Source: Octopus sinensis
Lineage: Eukaryota
Direction: 5' to 3'
DNA: 64,000 nt
Assembly (NCBI RefSeq): GCF_006345805.1
Contig: NC_042998.1
Coordinates: 22,196,001 to 22,260,000 of the forward strand
Shown here: one piece after another, positions 49,858 to 62,106 of the stretch
How positions within the stretch are numbered: position 1 is the first letter of the stretch
How the letters are laid out: the number at the start of each line of letters is the position of its first letter
Program-made: the position numbers and the translations under genes
Notes under the pieces: model-generated
The model's input: the letters and a program-made list of their open reading frames with translations, nothing else
Database searches by the model: none
What the model was told of the DNA's origin: nothing

Positions 49858-52800
49858 TTAAGGATCGTTACTTATTGAACATAAATCTCACCACAAATGC
49901 TTCATCTCCTCGCTGATTGAATTTTTAATTAACCTATTAAGAAATTTCAATGAAATGTGAAGAAATCTTTAAAAATTAAAAGAGTTGCATTCTAGTTTTC
50001 ACACCTGATGAATGTTAAATTGCTAGTTCCTTATTGTGCAATGATTAACAAAAAAAAACAAACAAAAAATATTGATCTTATAGACAAGTAGAACACATGA
50101 ACCAGTATCACAGTATGTGAACTTTTGGAAATCTAAATCTGCGAACAAGTATTTTCTGCCAAATTGGACATGAAAATTGGTTTGCTTCATTTAATGTTTT
50201 GACTTTTGCAATCGGATTTTTTTTTTTTTTTTGTTATGTACCTTTGTCAGCCTAAATTCTGACTTAAAAGTGTACACTTGCTCAAGGTTTTAATTGTTTT
50301 TAATTGTTCGTTTTTTCTTTTTTTAAAAAAAAAATCTCCCTCATCAAAGCAAGGTTGAAAGCAGTACACCCCCTAAATTTTCCAATGTGTATTGCCAGTA
50401 ATTTATAAAAAAAAATATATATATATATTCACATATATAAATATATATACATTTGTATGTATGTATATATATGTTTATACATGTGTATGCATATATATAT
50501 ATTTGTGTGTACATATATGTATAGATATACATACATATATAAATAAATACATACACACATGTGTGTGTGTGTGCATAGAAGTAGGTAATGTATGTGTGTA
50601 TAAATGCACATATGTATAGATGGATATAGATATACATACATTTTGGAGTTGTACTTATTTGGTAAGTAATGAGTTTTGAAATCGCGTGATGAAACTAAGA
50701 GGGTTATGTTAAAGAAGAGATATTTCAATCATTTGAGGACACAGAGAAACGGTGGAATTCATTTCCCATTTGGTCACTGATAGCACCATTTGTTATGAAG
50801 GGTCAAAAGTTTTGTGTTTGCCAGTAATTTATAAATAACTATATATATATATATATTACGGAGATGTACTTGCATGGCAAGTGACCTGATCTGAGATCGT
50901 GAGTTAGAATGGAATTTTGTCAGGGAACAAGTCACGGTCTGAAAGCGATGAAACTATTTTGACAAATTAAATTTAAATATTTAAATGTTGGAGTGAATCT
51001 AACAGTTTTTGTGTGTTTCTTAAATGGCTTATAAACACCTTCCACGCTGCAATTGTTTTATATATATATATATATATAAATATAAGTCAAAAGATTGCAA
51101 TTTTGAAATCTGGATAAGAAATAAATGGAAAGTGGATATCATGCAATTTGTACCTTCTTAACTGACCAAAACAATTCTTCCATGATGTATTTGTTATATA
51201 TACATACACGCACGCACACACACATATATATACACACACATGTATATTCGTATATATATTGCATTAGATGACTATACAATATATATGTATGTATATATTT
51301 ATATACATGAATACATATATGTATTACACTAGATGAATATATAAATAAATATATGTGTGTGTATATATTTATATATATGCATACATACATACATGTATTA
51401 CACTAGATGAATATATAAATGTGTATGTGTGTATTATATCTATATATCAATATATATATACACACACACACACATATATATACATACATATGAACACATA
51501 TTGTGTATGGAGACTGTTATTGTAGCAAAAATATAAATTCTGAAAGTGAAGTTGTAAACTTCTTAGAAATTCGAATGAAATTAACTGTTAATTTAAATAT
51601 TTGATTGATTGATTTATTGACTGATTGATGAAATTGTTCTTTGAAAGACTCTTTGACCAGTGGTGGGCTATCTCTAAAAAAAAAAAAGTTAATAAAATTC
51701 ATGAAAAATAAACAATATATATATATAAATATATTTTCTTCCCTATGGGATTATCCAACCTGGCAGAGATACTCATTGGGTAATTAATTTGCTAGTAATT
51801 AAATGAATTTCTATAACAGAGCCTGTACTGGCCAAGCTTGATTCTGCTCAAATTTGGGGAATTGCAATTTGGACCGGTGTTTTGGGTTTCTAATGGCCCA
51901 TGAAAGAAAATTACAGAATCTTGAGATCTGGCGGGATATGTATACATACATACATATGCATGTGTACATATGCATGTATATATATATATATATATATATA
52001 TGCATGTATATATATAATATATATATATACATATGTATACTCTTTTACTCTTTTACTTGTTTCAGCCATCCGGCTGAGGCCATGCTGGGGCATGTATGTA
52101 TATAATATATATATATATATATATACATATGTACATACTCATGTATAAATATATATATATACATATGTATATACGCATGTATAAATATATATATATACAT
52201 CTGAAAGAATGTACATATATATATTTGTATATATGTATGTACATATATATACATCTGAAAGGATGTACATATATATATATGTATATATGTCTGTACATAT
52301 ATATATATGTACGTATGTATATACACACATACATACATATACGTATATATATATATACATATATATACACACGTATGAAGTAGAAAAGGGTTTTCTATTT
52401 GCTCAATTCATTCTACTCTCCCCATCAATACTAAATAGAAGTGAATAAAATCTTGTTATTGTTTAGCCCCAAGTCTGCCCTGGTTGAGCAGACCGATAAT
52501 CAAAGGCATTCCAGCCATGACCATCACATGTTTCACTCAGACACAGCTTAAGCATCGAGAACCACCCGATATGCAAATGTCTCCTCCTTTTCCCCCAAGA
52601 TGTCGGAAGAATTTTCGAGTTTGAGGGGAGATTCGGTTGTGCATTTCTTAAACACCGAGAGTCCGCGTGGAATGAACATCCCTCAAGAATTTGAATTGGG
52701 CATTCAACTATATAATATCCCCCTGGAAATATTGTATTTGTTTCCCTGCTAACACAGCGAAATTAAAAAACACTTGTGGCTGGGTGAAACTTTCTAAAAC

Positions 52801-53429
52801 ATGGTAAACAAAAACAAAGTATTAGATGGAATAAAAAAAAAAAAAATAAAGATAATTATAAAGATGATGACAATGATGATTATCATCATGATGATGTTGA
52901 TGATGATGATAAAAAATTCTGAGCAATTTTTTTGAGTGGTTATTGTTTATTGTTTCCAAATGTCCCCTCTTCCAATATTGACAAGTTTATTATTATTATC
53001 ATTATTATTATTATTATTATTATTGGTATTTTTTCCTATTTTTAATGTAATTTTTTTTTTTTTTTGACTTTACATGTTTTCCCCTCTTTAAACTATCAAT
53101 ATTCTAGTTATCCCCTACTTATATGTAAATGCTGGTAAAAAAGGAAGGAAGCTAATCAATGCAAGCTGTCATCTAATTGTGACTGCAAATAACTCCTCCT
53201 GCCCCCCCACCCATCACCTCTTAAAACAACTGGCAATTTGAAAAAAGAATTGGTATAAAATATTCACAGAAACTGTTGGACTCTTTCTTTGCTTATTCTT
53301 TGTTAAAACCATGTTGTTTGTTGTTTGTGTCCTTTTTTTTTGTATTTTTTTCTGTTTTTTATTTTTATTATTCTTAATAATTTGAAGTGACTAAAACAAA
53401 CCAAGTGACTTGGTTTGTTTTAGAATCTT

Positions 53430-54460
53430 ATAAAGTGGATGTAAAGTAGAGAAAGAGAGAGAGAGAGAGAAGTGGGGAGGCTATAAAATGACCAGAGAAA
53501 TAACCACTTAGATCGTCCGTGTAAATGAGAGAGAGAAGCAGAAACAGGGTAAGAGAGAGAGAGAAAATTAGAGAGACAGAGAAAGAGAACCAGAGGAAAA
53601 TGAGGAGAGAGAAGACAGGCAAAATGGGAAAGAGAGAAGAGAAAGCCATGAGAGAGAAGGAAAAAGAGGAAGAGAGGGAGAGAGAAGACAGGCAAAATGG
53701 GAAAGAGAGAAGGAAAAAGAGGAGAGAGAGAGAGGTGGGGGAGGCTATAAAATGACCAGAGAAATAACCACTTAGATCGTCCGTGTAAATGAGAGAGAGA
53801 AGCAGAAACAGGGTAAGAGAGAGAGAGAAAACTAGAGAGACAGAGAAGGAGAGAAAGAGAACCAGAGGAAAATGAGGAGAGAGGGAGGGAGAGAGAAAGA
53901 CAGGCCATGAGAGAGAAGGAAAAAGAGGAAGAGAGAGAGAGAGAGAAGACAGGCAAAATGGGAAAGAGAGAAGGAAAAAGAGGAGAGAGAGAGAGAGAGG
54001 TGGGGAGGCTATAAAATGACCACTGAGATTGTCCGTGTAAATGAGAGAAGCAGAAACAAGGTAAGAGAGGGAGAAAATTAGAGAGACAAAGAGAACCAGA
54101 GGAGAGAGAGAAGACAGGCAAAATGGGAAAGAGAGAGCCATGAGAGAGAAGGAAAAAGAGGAAGAGAGAGAGAGAGGTGGGGGAGGTTATAAAATGACCA
54201 GAGAAATGACCACTGAGATCATCCGTGTAAATGAAAGAGAGAAGTTGAAACAAGGTAAGAGAGAGAGAGAAAACTAGAGAGACAGAGAAGGAGAGAAAGA
54301 GAACCAGAGGAAAATGAGGAGAGAGGGAGGGAGAGAGAAAGACAGGCAAAATGGGAAAAAGAGGAGAGAGAGAGAGGTGGGGGAGGCTATAAAATGACCA
54401 CTGAGATTGTCCGTGTAAATGAAAGAGAGAAGCTGAAACAAGGTAAGAGAGAGAGAGATT
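53430..54460. repeat. Purine-rich (GA) minisatellite, units of 264, 264, 178 and 200 bp
   Basis: Anchor ggctataaaatgacc at 53481, 53745, 54009, 54187 and 54387. Confidence 0.92.
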
Positions 54461-54644
54461 ACTAAATAGTTGCTGGACATTAATGTATTCGAAATTGTTG
54501 CTAAGTCTCTGCTTTAAATTTAAGTTCACTGATTTACCTTAAAGGTAGAAAACCTTTGTGTCACTTAACACCTTCAGTTATTCTTATGGACCTCCACAAA
54601 CTCTTGTGTTACATGTTCAAATCCATTGTCGGTATTTTATTGTA

Positions 54645-54965
54645 AAGGGTAAAGGATAAAGACCCTCTTCGGTCATGAATGACCAAGGGACTGCACCTAG
54701 GAAAGTTCCCCTCCAAGGCACAAGTCCAGGTAAGGTTGTTTGTGGAAGACCAGCAGTTGCCCTTCTCCATGCCACCGGTGTTATCCAAGGGAAAGCAAAG
54801 GGGCCAATACAGCTTGGCACCAGTGATGTCGCAACTAATTTCTACAGTTGAGTGAACCAGAGCAATGTGAAATAAAATGTCTTGCTCAAGAACATGCAAC
54901 CTGGTCCAGGAATCGAACTCACAACTTAACAAATGTAAGCCTGATGCTCTAACCACTGATCCATG
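54645..54965 (-). mobile_element. tRNA-derived SINE with family-C-like head and a different 3' region
   Basis: Minus strand has tRNA boxes A/B (cagtggttagagcatc...gagttcgattcc) and ends in an aaaggtaaag-type tail. Confidence 0.7.
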
Positions 54966-55478
54966 TCACAGAAAACGAGAAGGCAACCATACTCTGGGAT
55001 ATGCCAATACACACAGATAGAGAAATTAAGGCCAATAGGCCAGATATAGTTGTCAGGGATAACCAAGGGAAATAGAAAATGCTTTCTAACCGCTGTATCG
55101 ATACCAGTAGATGACAATGTTTGTCTAAAAGAAACGGAGAAACTTTCAAAATACAAAGATCTGGAAATGGAGGTAACTTGAATATGGAACCTAAAAACAG
55201 AAACAATTCCAATTATAGTAGGTGCATTAGGTATGATAAAAAAACATTCAGACATAACAAAAACATCAGGACTTACAAGTATACATAACATACAGAAAAT
55301 AGCACAACCAGGCACCACACATATCTACATAAAACACTTTCAATACTGCGAAAATAGGAGCACCACAATAAACCACAGCACATACCCTAGGCAGACAGAG
55401 CTGCACTTAGTAGTGCAGCAAAAGCCCGTGATAAAAATAAGACTATTGAATAATGATGATAATAATAATAATAATAAC
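54965..55478 (+). mobile_element. R4/Dong-like non-LTR retrotransposon 3' end (RLE domain) with (AAT)n tail
   Basis: VTENEKATILWDMPIHTDREIKANRPDIVV...SIP.DDNVCLKETEKLSKYKDL...IPIIVGALG (with frameshift and stop). A second RLE-end fragment, LQKTVLLGTARVLKRVL, is at 55480-55545. Confidence 0.8.
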
Positions 55479-56474
55479 TATGTACACCTCCAGAAAACGG
55501 TATTATTAGGTACAGCTAGGGTACTTAAGAGGGTTCTTGGCATCAAAAGTTACTTGTTGTAGCCCAATGTTAGGAATTTTTCTTTTCCAATAGTCTAATC
55601 TGTTGAGCGTATATGAAATATTTATAATGATAATGAAAGCCATAGAAATTCTACCATTATTACTATTAAACTAACTATTTACATGCCACAGTGATTATTT
55701 GTAGTCATAAAAATGTTCTAATGTTCAGCTAAGCAGATCCAGAAATTCTGAATGAACTACTCTGGAGACATAGAAAAATATAACTGGATATTAAATAGTT
55801 TCAATTTAAAAGCTTCTGTATTTAATATAGATTTCCCAGTGATAATAGCAAAATTTTGCAGCAGTTATCTTCAAGCTATTACACTGAGCCAAGTATTTCA
55901 CTATGACAGAAATAATTATATTAATTTACACTATAATTTGGAGTCTGATTAAACTAAATTTAGAAAAAATTAAAATAAATATGAAAAATGGGTAAAAGTA
56001 AAAAAAATTCTAAAAAATGTGAGTAATCTCACTATTTTGAAGAGAATATACTAAAAAAGAATTATAAACAAGAATACTGTGATGTTCAAAAACAGCAATT
56101 TATGTTAAACCAAATTAGTTGCTCTGGTTAACATAAAGATGAAATGCCATGTGTCAGAATTATGTTTTAAAATACAGAACATTTAATACTTAGAATTAAG
56201 CAATATCTATTGAATATGAGATAATTTTTTAGTGTGTAAAGTCTGATGTGGGTAAGATGTGCTCTGCTGCTTATGATGATGAGTGTTCTAAGTTGATCTG
56301 ATCAGTGGAATAGCCTGCTCATGAAATTAATATGGAAAGCGCTGAGCAGTCCACAGACATGTGTATCCTTAATGTAGTTCTCAGGGAGATTCAGTGTCAC
56401 ACTCCAGTAGAATAAAATAGAAATGAAAGGGGTCCATAGACAAAAAAAAAAATGGTTGAGAACTACTGATTTAA

Positions 56475-57427
56475 CCCTTTCGTTACCATATTTCTTTTTT
56501 CTTTATTGCCCACAAGGGGCTAAACATAGAGGGGACAAACAAGGACAGACAAAGGGATTAAGTCGATTACATCGACCCCAGTGTGAAATTGGTACTTAAT
56601 TTATCGACCCTGAAAGGATGAAAGGCAAAGTCAACCTCAGCAGAATTTGAACTCAAAACATAAAAACATGAAATACCGCTAAACATTTCACCCGGCGTGC
56701 TAACGTTTCTGCCAGCTTGTTGCCTTACATATTTGTTACCATAATTCTGTTGAGATGTTCTGTGTTTCTTTCAATTAATTTTAAATATAACAAAGAATTT
56801 CGTAAAATAACTTAGTTATCATTAAGCTAGTGTTAGGAAGATAAATTGTGACTAAGGTTTGGTGGAAGATTTGAATTCAAAACTTAAGAAAACAAGACAT
56901 TTGTACAACAGAGCCAGAGGTGGTCTCAGGCAGGTTAGTACCAAAAGGGTTAAATCAATCATTTGTTAACCCTTTTGTTACCATATTTCTGTTGAGATGT
57001 TCTGTGTTTCTTTCAATTAATTTTAAATATAACCAAGAATTTCGTAAAATAACTTAGTTATCATTAAGCTAGTGTTAGGAAGATAAATTGTGACTAAGGT
57101 TTGGAGGAAGATTTTAATTCAAAACTTATGAAAACAAGACATTAGTACAACAGAGCCAGAGGTGGTCTCAGGCAGGTTAGTACCAAAAGGGTTAAATTAA
57201 TCATTTGTTAACCCTTTTGTTACCATATTTCTGTTGAGGTGCTCTGTGTTTCTTTCAATTAATTTTAAATGTAACAAAGAATTTAGTAAAATAACTTAGT
57301 TATCATTTGGCTAGTGTTAGGAACATAAACAGTGGCTAAGTTTTGGTGGAAGATTTCAATTTAGAACTTTTGGAAAGAAGACATTTGTACTACACAGCCA
57401 GTTTCAGGTGTGTTGGTATCAAAAGGG
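56475..57427 (-). mobile_element. Three tandem copies of piggyBac-type MITE family 2; the first is interrupted by a SINE B
   Basis: Units end at 56949, 57191 and 57427, each with GGG-TTAA. Period is 242 bp (56970 to 57212). Confidence 0.88.
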
Positions 57428-57714
57428 TTAAATAGAATTCCAGATTGATTAGACTCATTTGTTTCCTATAATATTTATCTTGTTTTTTTGGGTTTTTTTT
57501 TATAATGTCCACATTTCTTTGTATGGGTCAGGTGGAGTTTATTGAAGGAGATTTTGTATGGCTGGATGCCTTTCCTGCCACCAACCTTCACCTGTTTCCA
57601 AGCAAGATAATGCTTCCCCATGGACAGATTCTTGCAGAACATTGGAACTGATTGACACTGCCTGTATGACAATGACAATCATTTACCACAATCATACAAT
57701 GTCAAGACAAGGGA

Positions 57715-57769
<55 letters not shown>

Positions 57770-57778
<9 letters not shown>

Positions 57779-58149
57779 CTGAAGTTGTCTGTGTATGGCA
57801 GGTTTGGTAACCTTCAACTGACACTATCTCCTCCAAGACCCTGCGGCGCAAGTTGACCAAAATTGAGAGTATGATAGAAGAAGGCTTGCTTCTGTAGAAG
57901 AAAAAATTCAAATCAGCCCATGTTAACACCAAAAATTATTTACATCAAAAAGGTGCTTTTTCTTCTATGAAAATCCCTATTTTTTACAATTTTTTGACTG
58001 CTGTGTCACCATTTTTCGGTGTATTTCAACCAGAAAAATGTTCACTTAAAGAGAATAACAAGCTACATAATGCAAAATTTTTACTTTTCAAAAATTCCAA
58101 TTCTAAAGGGTTGAAACAAACCCGAGCAACGCTGGGCAATACTGCTAGT
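57770..58149 (-). mobile_element. Helitron/Lep1-like element, inverted copy of 4395-4773
   Basis: High similarity over the full length; ends cccgagcaacgctgggcaatactgctagt. Confidence 0.6.
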
Positions 58150-58727
58150 ATATGTATATGTATATATATATCATGCCAGCATCACATAAAACGCACCCAG
58201 TACACACTGTAAAGTGGTTGACATTAGAATGGGCATCCAGCTATAGGAACCGAGCCAAAACAGATGACTGAAGCCTGGTGGTGTCCTCTGGTTTGCCAGC
58301 TCCTTTCAGACTTACCAGCTCATGCCAGCATGGAGAATGGATATCAAATGATGATGGGCTTCTTTCAGCTTCTGTCTGACAAATTGACTCACATGGTTTT
58401 GACCAGCCTGGGGCTATAGAAAAAAAAAAACACTTGCCTAAGGTGCCATGCAGTGGAACTGAACCTGGAACCATGTGGTTGGGAAACAAGCTTCTTACCA
58501 CACAGCCACACCTGCGCCTATAAATGTAGAACAGTGGAGAATTGTTAGAAATGCTTAGTAGTATTTCATCCATCTTCATGGCCTGAGTTCAAATTCCACT
58601 GAGGAATCGCTGAAATAAGTATCACCTGAGCACAGCGGTCAGTGTAATTGACCCGCCCCCTCGCCTGCAATTGCTGGCCTTGTGCCAAAATGCAGTGGGA
58701 ATGAACTTAAAACTATTTCATCAGGAA

Positions 58728-58894
58728 GTGGAGTGACTGTGTGGTAAGTAGCTTGCTAACCAACCACATGATTCCGGGTTCAGTCCCACTGCGTGGCACC
58801 TTAGGCAAGTGTCTTCTACTACAGCCTTGGGCCGACCAAAGCCTTGTGAGTGGATTTTGTAGATGGAAACTGAAAGAAACCTGTCGTATTTATG

Positions 58895-58925
<31 letters not shown>

Positions 58926-59237
58926 CCGTAATAATGAAGGGTGAAATTAATTAATTTGGAATAATTATCAATTACACCAAGTAGTCTTCGGCATGTAAAA
59001 GCCTCATTCGAGGAAAATTTAAGTAATACTAAGCAATAAAGGGTTTAGCAACGAATTGCCTTACCACATACCGAATTTAGAAATAGCAGTCAAAGAGTTA
59101 TAGCTATTACTTCTACCAAAAAGGGAGATCTCAGAGATCTCCCTTTTTGGTAGAAGTAATAGCTATAACTCTTTGACTGCTATTTCTAAATTCGGTATGT
59201 GGTAAGGCAATTCGTTGCTAAACCCTTTATTGCTTAG

Positions 59238-59272
<35 letters not shown>

Positions 59273-59474
59273 TTGTGTGTCTGTGTTTGTCCCCCTAGCA
59301 TTGCTTGACAACCAATGCTGGTGTGTTTACGTCCCCGTCACTTAGCGGTTCAGCAAAGGAGACCGATAGAATAAGTACTGGGCTTACAAAGAATAAGTTC
59401 CAGGGTCGATTTGCTCGACTAAAGGTGGTGCTCCAGCATAGCCGCAGTCAAATGACTGAAACAAGTAAAAGAGA
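58728..59474 (+). mobile_element. SINE A with a ~315-bp PLE-like fold-back insert in its (TA)n tract
   Basis: Head at 58728-58890, insert at 58927-59240, body and tail resume at about 59260. Confidence 0.85.
59026..59240. repeat. Perfect 215-bp palindrome (107-bp arms, 1-nt loop)
   Basis: 59026-59132 is the exact reverse complement of 59134-59240; centre gagatctc-A-gagatctc. Confidence 0.97.
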
Positions 59475-62074
59475 GTATTCTGTGGTGAGTAATTTTCTCA
59501 CCTGTGTGTGCATATCTTTTGTTGATATATTCAGCATAGATTTTTGCCAAACAGGTGGCATATTTAATTAATTTCGAACTTTGGGAAATTCTATAATATC
59601 GAACAGTTTTTCTAATTATTAGAAATAAAATAAAAATTCATTATGAAAATCAACTATTAATGCTAGACAGAGACTAATTGAAGACAAAACGATCAGATTG
59701 AGAACTAAATACTTTACCCACACAACCAAACCTGTACCCTTGAATGTAAAAATATTCGTCACACTAAATTGGATGCAGCCAAGTACTCATCTGTATAGCC
59801 GCTTAGTTGTGTTGAATCTCCTTTACCCACCACCTACTTCATCATTATCATCGTTTAACGTCCACTTTCCATGCTAGCATGGGTTGGACGATTTTGACTG
59901 AGGACTGGCGAACCAGATGGCTGCACCAGGCTCCAATCTGATCTGGCAGAGTTTCTACAGCTGTATGCCCTTCCTAATGCCAACCACTCCGAGAGTGTAG
60001 TGGGTGCTTTTACGTGCCACTGGCATGAGGGCCAGTCAGGCGGTACTGGTAATGGCTACGTTCAAATGGTGCTTTTTATGTGCCACCTGCGCAGGAGCCA
60101 GTCCAGCAGCCACTGGCCATGACCTCGCTCGAATGTTTTTTTCACGGGCCACCAGCACAAGTGCCAGTAAGGCGACGCAGGTAATAATCACGCTTGAATG
60201 GTGTTTTTTACATGCCATCGGCACAGATGCCAGTCATTGAATTTGATTTCAATTTCAATTGCCTCAACAGGTCTTCGCAAGCAGAGTTTAGTGTCCAATG
60301 AAGGAAAGGTATGCATAAGTGGGATGGTTACACCCCCGGCATACTCGTTTTGTGTAAAGTAATAATATGAAGATTAATAGCTTCTCCTTAAGATGAATCA
60401 ACCTTTCCAATAGTTCACCATATTTCAAAGAGTATTAGCATGGCTTAGTTCATCTTTGCTTCTCAAAGCAGTGGAGCAATGTAAAATTACCACTGTGTGT
60501 ATCTATGCATGCATTGGCACACAACCATAGACGTATATATATATATACACACACACACACATATATACATGTATACATATATATACACATGTATACACAT
60601 ACACACATATACATATATACACATATATATACACATATATACACACATTTACACATATATATATACACACATATACACATATATATATACACACACATAT
60701 ATATATACACACACACATATATATATACATACACACACATATATATATACACACACACACATATATATATACACACACACATATATATACACACACACGC
60801 ATATATATGCATATATATACACACACACACACATATATATACGCATATATATATATACACACACACACATATATATATACGCATATATATATATACACAC
60901 ACACATATATGTGCATATATATATACACACACACATATATATATGCATATATATATACACACACACATATATATATATATGCATATATATACACACACAC
61001 ACACATATATATATATGCATATATATATATACACACACATATATATATGCATATATATATACACACACACATATATATATATATACACACACACACATAT
61101 ATATATATATATGTTTGCATGTATGCTTATACATATGTATCTGTCTGTGCACATACATGTAGAGTCATTTGCAGCTGACATCCAGTTAGTTCGTTACCCT
61201 CAAATTAAACTCATATGTTTCTCAGTTTCACAACAGGCAAAAAGTGAAAAAAAAAAAACCCCCAAAAAAACTAAGCAAAGATCAGACAAAGTTTATTATC
61301 ACTCGAGGTTCTTTGTAATTCAACTTGGCAAGCCTGGCATTACAATGGTGTGACCTTACAATGGGGAGGTATGTTACGAGATGATGAAGTATTACAAAAC
61401 AGAACTTAAAACTAAACAGGATAAGTAACACTAGAAGCAACATGCAATGTTATCTATGATATATTTTTTCGAGGGTTCCATGTGCTACAACATAAAACAT
61501 ATATATTACAGATATTTCCCCCGAATGATGAAAATATGTGCACGTTTCGTTCTCAAGTGCATGTAAGTTTGAAAAATATTCAAATGATATTTGCATGCAT
61601 ATCTTGAAGCTACAGGATGAGAAATGAATACATACGATAAAATTATATATTTCTGCATATATCCTGTGCCATAAAGAGGCACCTGAAATGCAGGCGACAG
61701 GAAGTTCATCCGGTTGTAAAACGCTACCTCTAACGAGTAACTATGAAGGGAATGATAACACTGTTATAGGGGTCACAAGGATGACCTTTGCTTTCTTGGC
61801 AAAACAGTCTTAAAACGTTTGTTGTATGATATCATTGAATGACATACTGTGTTATTTATGAAACATGTTACCAAAAAAGAAAGAAAAATATGGTGCCCCA
61901 GTATGGCCACAGCTCTTAAGCTGAAACTAGTAAAAGAGTATATGTTCATTTGAACACTGATTTTTTTTTTCTCTGATTTTATTGACAAGTTTGTCCATGT
62001 GCACATATTTTTGTGCATTGTAGCATAAGATAGATTTAAAGAGCATATTGGTGGTGATGGTGGTAATTGAGTGA

Positions 62075-62106
<32 letters not shown>

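Noticed and set aside
49858-51720. 3' UTR and polyadenylation site
   Set aside because: Several ATTAAA/AATAAA hexamers (about 49975, 50525, 51692) occur in AT-rich DNA, and none can be chosen without transcript data.
53420-54529. 369-aa and 237-aa Leu/Ser/Phe-rich ORFs resembling membrane proteins
   Set aside because: Reverse-strand reading of the GA minisatellite; open in several frames only because stops are absent.
58975-59015. Minus-strand CGAATGA-GGC-loop-GCC-GAAG (and GGT/ACC at 19815-19845) as a hammerhead variant
   Set aside because: The 3-bp stem covaries between the two copies, but the core differs at several invariant positions and stem I is unsupported in the 59-kb copy. Worth rechecking only against a family consensus.
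10476-61353. Long [12 protein letters not shown] ORFs (e.g. 10476, 19879, 30950, 52045, 60450-61353)
   Set aside because: Translations of TA/TG/CA microsatellites. The only real coding part is the 64-nt exon inside 31425-31631.
61300-61770. Relatively complex, CpG-containing non-repeat segment with ORF 61506-61709 and an ETS-like CAGGAAGT
   Set aside because: No recognisable protein similarity, splice pattern or other promoter evidence from sequence alone.
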